Below are positions 58,253 through 64,000 of a DNA stretch of 64,000 nucleotides, one piece after another. The DNA is from Candidatus Poribacteria bacterium (GTDB taxonomy: Bacteria; Poribacteria; WGA-4E; WGA-3G), in NCBI GenBank assembly GCA_965197475.1, contig CBDANF010000002.1, positions 544,001-608,000 on the forward strand, read 5' to 3'. How positions within the stretch are numbered: the stretch's first letter is position 1; each line of letters begins with the position of its first letter. The notes beneath the pieces were generated by a model that ran no database searches, was not told where the DNA came from, and saw nothing but the letters and a program-made list of their open reading frames with translations. The position numbers and the translations under genes were made by a program.

Positions 58253-59011
58253 AATAAAATAGGGGCGGAACATTGCTGCTCTGTCTGTTTAGAGTTATGA
58301 GCGAGGTTAGGGAACCTCGCTTACTTATCACCTTCAGGCTTGAGTGACACATGTATGCTAAATGTATCAGCATTTAACGGTATGCCTTTTTTTTTTCTAA
58401 TAGACATCTCAATGTTATGTATTAAGGTTCCTATCTTATTTACTAAATTTCTTAAACGATTTAAACGATCTTCATGTTCAATCAAATATCTTGCAACCTT
58501 TTCCAACTCTTTCTGAGTAGCCTCATATCTTTTGTGTGAGGAGTGGATATGGGCAACGGTCTCATCCCTAGCCTTTTTAAGTACCCCATAAATGTCAATG
58601 TTTCCGATGTTTTCTAATTCACTTTTAAACTTGTCTATATCCTCATGGTGACAAGATTCAAGACGTGTAGATATACAGAAGGTCCTCTTTTTATCATACT
58701 CACTTCTAGGTTCATGTACTAATTTACAAATGTTGGTAATTACAGGCACAATGTTATTTAATACATCAAAGGGATTAACTTCTTCTTCAGCGGTGTGCAA
58801 TGCTAACAAATTTTCTATATTATAATCTACATGCCGCAAACAAGAATCGAAATCCAAGTTTAGAATTCTAATGCTCGCTGGTATAAAATCCTCTTTGTCT
58901 TGTTTTGTTTCCTTTTCGGACATTTCAAGTTCCTCCGAAGATGTCAGATGCCCAACGAATTGCGCGACTACAAACGCTAATAAAATAGGGGCGGAGTATT
59001 GCTGCCCTGTC
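58253..59011. repeat. 33-bp direct repeats (30/33 identical) flanking the HEPN gene
   Basis: AATAAAATAGGGGCGGA(AC/GT)ATTGCTGC(T/C)CTGTC at 58253-58285 and 58979-59011; hairpin plus T-run on the minus strand. Confidence 0.85.
58321..58923 (-). CDS. Putative HEPN (AbiU2-like) RNase
   Basis: Helical, AT-rich; LKKARDETVAH fits R-x4-6-H; ICKLVHEP segment upstream; GGAGG RBS. Confidence 0.6.
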   Translation of the reverse strand: MSEKETKQDKEDFIPASIRILNLDFDSCLRHVDYNIENLLALHTAEEEVNPFDVLNNIVPVITNICKLVHEPRSEYDKKRTFCISTRLESCHHEDIDKFKSELENIGNIDIYGVLKKARDETVAHIHSSHKRYEATQKELEKVARYLIEHEDRLNRLRNLVNKIGTLIHNIEMSIRKKKGIPLNADTFSIHVSLKPEGDK

Positions 59012-59089
59012 CCTATTTTGTGAAATCCCGTTAGTTGTTAGGGAGGGTAATGCGATCTTAAATCTCTCTTTCAAATATAGATAAGATTA

Positions 59090-59119
59090 ACTATACGATT
59101 AAAATTAGCATAAAGTCAA
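59090..59119 (-). promoter_or_regulatory. Sigma-70-like promoter of the defence island
   Basis: Minus strand TTGACT-18 nt-TATAGT. Confidence 0.55.
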
Positions 59120-59533
59120 GTTAAAACATTTCACCCGATCCCCACAGATTCATCACAATTCCAAACCACCCACCACACCATAACTTTCCAAACAATTCCG
59201 ATAACGACTATAGATGCAACAGATTTTACGAAGTAACGTTCACTAAATAACACTGAAACTAATGCTTGAACTTCAGTTGCTTCTTTGTCTGCAATTATTA
59301 ACCATTTTTTCATCTTTTATGAATGGATAGTAGTTAATAAAAGCAGATAAAATGAATTCATAATAAGGATTATCTGAAAAATATAATCCTTTTTTAATTG
59401 TATGCTGTTCTATGATAAAGTGCTCTATTTTATGGTAGTAATTCCCTAAGTTAGATTTCATAGTATTGTGGTTTCAGACTTGGTTGAAGCGATTTTTTCA
59501 AACTTTTTTTAAATCACAAAACTACTTATTGCG

Positions 59534-61492
59534 CTATCTGTTATTTTTATTTTCTTCTCCCCTTGTCAATTCCATCATAGAAGGCACAAAAACGCGATCG
59601 CCTTCTTTTAAGCCGCTAATAATTTCAAAGTGTGTGTTGTTACGCCTGCCAACTTTAATATGCGTTTTGACACCTTTCTCCTCACCTTTTTTAGGTGGTT
59701 CACCTGTGTCCAGTTTAACAAAATGCTGACGCTCACTTCTAATTTCCGCTTCTATACCGGATAATCGTTTGTTTTCAGAGATTACGATAGCGATTTCTGT
59801 CGGACCAGGACGCATACCCTTCGGGGGTTCGTCAAACAAAATTTCAAGATTTCGGCGGGTTTCCGAAGGGGCAATTTTTGTAACTTGTCCAGGAAACTGT
59901 TTGCCAATAAGGTTTTGAACTTTTATTTTTTGTCCTTGCTGAAACTGCCCAAGATCGTTTGAATTTACTGTGGCTTTTACAGTAAACACCTCTGGGCTTA
60001 ACACCGCTGCTATCGGAATCTGAAGGATATCAGGTTTTTCAAAAACGATAATGTCTACGTCTGCTGACATTCCGGGTAATAATTGAAATTCTTGATCTGA
60101 TATATCTACCTCTATATCAACCTCAAAGGTAATCACAGCATTTCCGCCACCTTGTGGACGTTGCGTGGAACTGGGTGAAATTTCGCTGACTCTACCATTA
60201 AAAATTTTATGGCGATAACTATCAACCCGTATTTCTACGCGTTGTCCCTCTTTTATTCTGCCGATCTCAACCTGATTGATTTGGGTTTTGACAATCATCT
60301 GTGAAAGGTCGGCGATCCGCATGATCGCCTCGCCACGTGAAAATGCAGACCTTCCTGAGGTGATAATCTCACCTTCTTCTACAGAAAGGCGTGTAATGGT
60401 GCCGGACATTGATGCCTTAACCGTTGTCCATTCGTAGCGTTCCTGCTGAGATTTGAGGCGGCTTTCTGCTTGAAATAAATTCGCTTGTGCGCTAACTTTC
60501 GCATGTTTTGTGAGTGCTTTCTCTTCCTCGGTTGTTTCTTCAGCTTGTTTGAGTCGGGTGCGTGCGTTTTCCAAATCCGCTATTTGCTGCTTTTCCTGTG
60601 CATCTTGAGATTCTTTAACCGTTTGAACGTTCTTTTTATTAAGGGCAAGGGTTGCTTCTCGACTCTGAATAGCTTCCTTCATTGCCTTGATGTTTTCTTC
60701 TTGTGATTTAATCGTTTCCTTTTGGGATTCAACCTCTTTCTGGGCAGTTTCGTATTGCGAGGTATTCAAAGCGAGTTGTCTTTGGGATTGCTCCAATGTC
60801 TGCTTCGAAATTAATTCTTTTTCAAATAATTCTTCGTTGCGTTTGTGTTCAGATTGAGTTGTTTCAAAGGTAATTTTTGCGGATTCAACACTTGCTTTCG
60901 CTCGATCAAGTGTTAAATTTGCTTGCGTTAAAGCGATTTCAGCCTGCTTCATTGAGATTTTATCTCGGTTCAGCAAGTTCTGCGTTGTTGCAACGAGAGT
61001 TTCCGCTTCAGTAATCCGTTGTTGCTTGTTTGCAGCAAAGGATTGAAGGTATGCTTCAGACTTAGCAACAGCATTTTGTGCCTGATGTAGGTCGCTTTTT
61101 TCCCGTTTTTCAGCGATCTGAATTCGGAGCTCTGCTTGTTCAAATTCTGCGTTCCGAGCATCTCGGTTTGCTTCTGCCTGTTTCTTTTCCTCAAGAATCT
61201 GCTCGTCGTCGATTCTGAGCAACGGATCGTCCTCTTTAACAAGGTCTCCCTCTTCAACGAGAATTTCCTTTATTTCGCCCTCAACGTTTGATCGGACATC
61301 TACCTCAATAAAGGAACGGAGGGTGCCAGATTCTTGAACTTTTACGAGAAATTCCCCGCGGCGTACAACCTCACGTTTGTCTTCGTCCTCATCCTTTTTT
61401 TGACCAAAATTGATTTGGGTTGCGCCTATCACCGCTACAGCAACAACAATAGCAGCTGTGCCGATAATAATCCATTTTTTACCGATCTTCAT
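59534..61492 (-). CDS. Efflux periplasmic adaptor (HlyD/MacA family) with a very long coiled coil
   Basis: N-terminal TM, V.S.V.G.I.EILVEEGD.V, ~250-aa helical hairpin, GMSADVDI, EIISGLKEGDRV. Confidence 0.9.
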   Translation of the reverse strand: MKIGKKWIIIGTAAIVVAVAVIGATQINFGQKKDEDEDKREVVRRGEFLVKVQESGTLRSFIEVDVRSNVEGEIKEILVEEGDLVKEDDPLLRIDDEQILEEKKQAEANRDARNAEFEQAELRIQIAEKREKSDLHQAQNAVAKSEAYLQSFAANKQQRITEAETLVATTQNLLNRDKISMKQAEIALTQANLTLDRAKASVESAKITFETTQSEHKRNEELFEKELISKQTLEQSQRQLALNTSQYETAQKEVESQKETIKSQEENIKAMKEAIQSREATLALNKKNVQTVKESQDAQEKQQIADLENARTRLKQAEETTEEEKALTKHAKVSAQANLFQAESRLKSQQERYEWTTVKASMSGTITRLSVEEGEIITSGRSAFSRGEAIMRIADLSQMIVKTQINQVEIGRIKEGQRVEIRVDSYRHKIFNGRVSEISPSSTQRPQGGGNAVITFEVDIEVDISDQEFQLLPGMSADVDIIVFEKPDILQIPIAAVLSPEVFTVKATVNSNDLGQFQQGQKIKVQNLIGKQFPGQVTKIAPSETRRNLEILFDEPPKGMRPGPTEIAIVISENKRLSGIEAEIRSERQHFVKLDTGEPPKKGEEKGVKTHIKVGRRNNTHFEIISGLKEGDRVFVPSMMELTRGEENKNNR

Positions 61493-61494
61493 GA

Positions 61495-62835
61495 CTACTG
61501 TAAGACTCCCATTGCATCTTGTAATCGTGCGCGCGCAATTATGTAATCGTAAAATGCGTTGACTTGATTTGTCAATGCTTGCGCGTAGCTTGTTTGCGAA
61601 TCAAGTACCTCAAGTAGAATCGCTTTTCCTACCTTATAGCGTCCCTGAATGACATCTAAACTCAGCTGTGCGTTTACGACCTGTGTATTAGAGATTTCTA
61701 CTGCGGTTTCGCTTCGTTTTAGGTTTAGATAACTTTGTCGTACGTCAAGCGCAACGGAGCGTTCAAGGTCGCTTGCATTTTCGCGTGCTTGTTCTAACTG
61801 CATATTAAGTTCCTTGACGCGATTCCCCAAAACGCCGCCATCAAAAAGTGTAAAGTTAAGTGATGCGCCAACACTCCAACTCCGAAAATCAGAGAAAATT
61901 TGACGTTCGCGAAGATAATTATCAAGGTCTACGTTATAGTTTGCGTCTGCGCTCAATCGGGGCCAACGTTGCAATTTTGAAAGCGTCAGACTCCATTCCT
62001 GTTGTTTAATTTGTGCTTCAGTTTCCTTGAATTCTGGTCGGTTTTCAAGGGCTAACTGCATCGCTTCTTCAACAGTAATCTCTATCTTCTCAATAGTCCC
62101 ACGCTCCAGATATAATTGGAAGGATTCATCAACTGCGACGGTAATTAACAATCCAGGGTCCAATCCCATGAGTCGTGGTAAAGTTGCTTGTGAAATTTGT
62201 AGCGAAATTTGATTATTTAGCATCCCTAGTTCACTATTTGCTTCACGGACTCTCGCTGTAGCGACATCCGCAGGGATAAGGACACCTGCTTCTTTCAAAG
62301 CGATGGTTTGTGCTGTGTTTTCTTTTGAGCGCGCCAACACATCTTCACTAACCTTAACCAGTTCTGTGTCTTTAAGGACATCGTAATAGGCTTGTGTAAT
62401 CTGTAGGATTACACCTTGTTTAATGCCTTCATTTCGGTTAGTGGTAGCCTTCAATCCCTCTTTTGCTTGTGCGTAATTTGCTTCACGTTGTCCATTATCC
62501 CAAAGCGTATAACGTCCTGTCAATCCTAAATCGTAATTCTGTGGTTCAAATCCGAAATCCAGTCGATCATTAAAATCGTATCGTCCAGTGGAGGAAATTG
62601 TTGGAAAATAACCGGCACGTGCATTCTTCAATCGTAGTTCCTGAATAGCAAGACTCAACCGTGCATTTCGCATAGTCGTTGCTTTCTCTAACCCCAGCTG
62701 GATACACTGTTCAAGCGTTAGCGGTTGCGACAGGTCAATTTCTTGTGGTTCTTGTGCGCTCACACAGAGAATTACCCAAACCTGAAAACCCGTCAGGATA
62801 AGAGTTAACGCAATTTTCCATCGAAGCATTAGCAT
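61495..62835 (-). CDS. TolC-family outer-membrane efflux protein
   Basis: LTLEQCIQLGL, YFPTIS, ALENRPE, V.Q.Y..L, RY.VG....LEVLDSQ, L..AMG. Confidence 0.92.
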   Translation of the reverse strand: MLMLRWKIALTLILTGFQVWVILCVSAQEPQEIDLSQPLTLEQCIQLGLEKATTMRNARLSLAIQELRLKNARAGYFPTISSTGRYDFNDRLDFGFEPQNYDLGLTGRYTLWDNGQREANYAQAKEGLKATTNRNEGIKQGVILQITQAYYDVLKDTELVKVSEDVLARSKENTAQTIALKEAGVLIPADVATARVREANSELGMLNNQISLQISQATLPRLMGLDPGLLITVAVDESFQLYLERGTIEKIEITVEEAMQLALENRPEFKETEAQIKQQEWSLTLSKLQRWPRLSADANYNVDLDNYLRERQIFSDFRSWSVGASLNFTLFDGGVLGNRVKELNMQLEQARENASDLERSVALDVRQSYLNLKRSETAVEISNTQVVNAQLSLDVIQGRYKVGKAILLEVLDSQTSYAQALTNQVNAFYDYIIARARLQDAMGVLQ

Positions 62836-62854
62836 CTCCTTAAACCTAAAACTT

Positions 62855-62976
62855 CAGGACTTACGCAAACTGAACAGAAAAAGGGAATATTGGACTTAAA
62901 AAGTCGTTATTTCGGCATTTTAACCCCCTAAATCCCCCTTATCAAGGGGACTTTAAGAGAAAATGCGTAAGTCCTG
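62855..62976. mobile_element. MITE (122 bp) with perfect 13-bp TIRs and a 5-bp TSD
   Basis: CAGGACTTACGCA / TGCGTAAGTCCTG; AACTT on both flanks; internal CCCCCTAAATCCCCCTTATCAAGGGGACTT hairpin. Confidence 0.85.
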
Positions 62977-63267
62977 AACTTATAATGCGAAAGATTGTAA
63001 TTTTAGGTAATAAGCCTTTTTTATTTTGACAATAATCAGTTTTAAAAGTTCAGAACAAATTCTGAGTGCAAGTTTATTGATAAAGTATATTGAAAATTTT
63101 GACGCAATTCAAGTATAAAAGTTTAGTATTTAACGTGAGTGATGGGCAGAATCATTCAGTTATCGGGTTTCTTAGCGTTTAAGAGAGAGGTGCGATTTGG
63201 AGGTCACACTATGCGAAAAACTTTTGAACAAGAGATAAAACGACTAAAGAAGGAAAGGTGCGTAAAA

Positions 63268-63302
63268 AAACAGGCAAGTAACCGTTGGTTACTTGCCTGT
63301 TT
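63268..63302. terminator. Bidirectional terminator-like hairpin
   Basis: 16-bp perfect stem AAACAGGCAAGTAACC-GTT-GGTTACTTGCCTGTTT; related in sequence to 22901-22928. Confidence 0.75.
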
Positions 63303-63312
63303 CATTTGTTTT

Positions 63313-63402
63313 ATACCGAATTAACGGGATTTGTCTTGTTTTTCTGGGCAGAGAGAGCGCTTACAAAGCGCGCCTACAAGAATAATCGAGTTAATATGGT
63401 AT
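63313..63402. mobile_element. IS630-derived MITE, copy 2
   Basis: Aligns along its length to 27307-27397; TIR ATACCGAATTAAC / GTTAATATGGTAT. Confidence 0.8.
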
Positions 63403-63423
63403 TAGACACTCAACATAAGTACT

Positions 63424-63553
63424 GAACTTGTAGCGAGTAAGAGCTAAGAATTCAAAGTAAATAGGGTGTCTGAAGTAGAAAGAATGGGGCATAAAGTCCA
63501 CCCTTCTCTTTCCCTATTTTAACACATCCTTATGTTTCACTCAATATGACTTC
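63424..63553 (-). mobile_element. IS5-derived MITE (130 bp) with a 3-bp TSD
   Basis: Both ends of the 26146-27142 element with no coding sequence; ACT on both flanks. Confidence 0.85.
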
Positions 63554-63555
63554 AC

Positions 63556-64000
63556 TTAATAACTGTGGATATGAGAAGGTCCATAAGATGGTACATTTGG
63601 ATGTACACACCGCCAGAACAGATACGTGCATCGATCACCGTTGGCGTTGGTATTCGTGCATTGCTCCTCTTGGTGCGTCAGACTATCGCAGGCGTAAATA
63701 GTATGGGAAGGACAGTTCCCTGTCGAGATGTGATTGCTTGACTGACACGCGTAGAATGAATGGGAGGTGCAATACAGAGACCAACTGTTGGCGGCTACCA
63801 ACTGATGGTCTGTGCCATTACACTTATATTGATAACATTGACCGCAATACGCGTGCAGGGCAGCCGATGCCGCATCGTTCGGATCATACGGTGTCGTCAG
63901 CGTACACCCCTGAATATCACACGTTACCAGTGTCGGTGAAGGCGTGGGTGTCGTCACGGGTGTGGTTGTCTGTGTGGTCTGTTCTGTGTCTATTCCGAGC
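63556..64000 (-). CDS. C-terminal part of a Thr/Pro-linker, Cys/His-rich protein (starts outside the window)
   Basis: Frame open to the window edge (..LGIDTEQTTQTTTPVTTPTPSPT..); repeated C..H..Y.C..H units. Confidence 0.7.
   Translation of the reverse strand, partial: LGIDTEQTTQTTTPVTTPTPSPTLVTCDIQGCTLTTPYDPNDAASAALHAYCGQCYQYKCNGTDHQLVAANSWSLYCTSHSFYACQSSNHISTGNCPSHTIYACDSLTHQEEQCTNTNANGDRCTYLFWRCVHPNVPSYGPSHIHSY

Noticed and set aside
58253-59011. Integron attC cassette array
   Set aside because: No RYYYAAC/GTTRRRY-bounded attC structure was recognised and there is no tyrosine integrase in the window.
59131-59461. Two short minus-strand ORFs at the island edge
   Set aside because: No RBS or recognisable motif; more likely AT-rich gene debris.

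Overview
Bacterial chromosomal window with moderate GC and AT-rich inserts. The gene style (sulfatase, FG-GAP protein, secreted WD40-dockerin proteins, PilM-type T2SS, GTAG-type REPs) suggests Candidatus Poribacteria or a similar PVC-adjacent lineage; this is an inference. From left to right: (1) a minus-strand larA-like/ubiX/ubiA/TIM-barrel/sulfatase run interleaved with two paralogous PD-(D/E)XK-like genes; (2) envelope genes; (3) a DUF433/DUF5615 toxin-antitoxin pair and a Rieske-domain protein; (4) a type IIG R-M gene followed 2 nt later by an AT-rich OLD-family ATPase-TOPRIM nuclease; (5) a decaying sulfite oxidase; (6) an orphan MacB-type permease; (7) a Cys-rich secreted protein with a frameshifted partner behind a highly structured leader; (8) a 10-gene type II secretion cluster with an elongated secretin and a four-HhH GspK; (9) a sigma-70 factor and nfuA; (10) an array of four secreted dockerin-tagged proteins (a metzincin and three WD40 propellers, two of them near-identical but diversified); (11) a beta-RFAP synthase; (12) a tolC-macA-ATPase efflux operon split by a defence island (HEPN, wHTH-like, EcoRI-family MTase, DUF262-HNH). 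There are many IS5/IS630 remnants, MITEs (three with verifiable target-site duplications) and REP-like hairpins. No rRNA, tRNA, CRISPR array or reverse transcriptase was seen. The best candidates for undescribed biology are the dockerin-tagged diversifying WD40/protease array next to the unusual T2SS, the HEPN/MTase/DUF262-HNH island with a promoter-leader-terminator layout, the IIG+OLD pair, and the structured leaders at 24534-24681 and 44710-44818.
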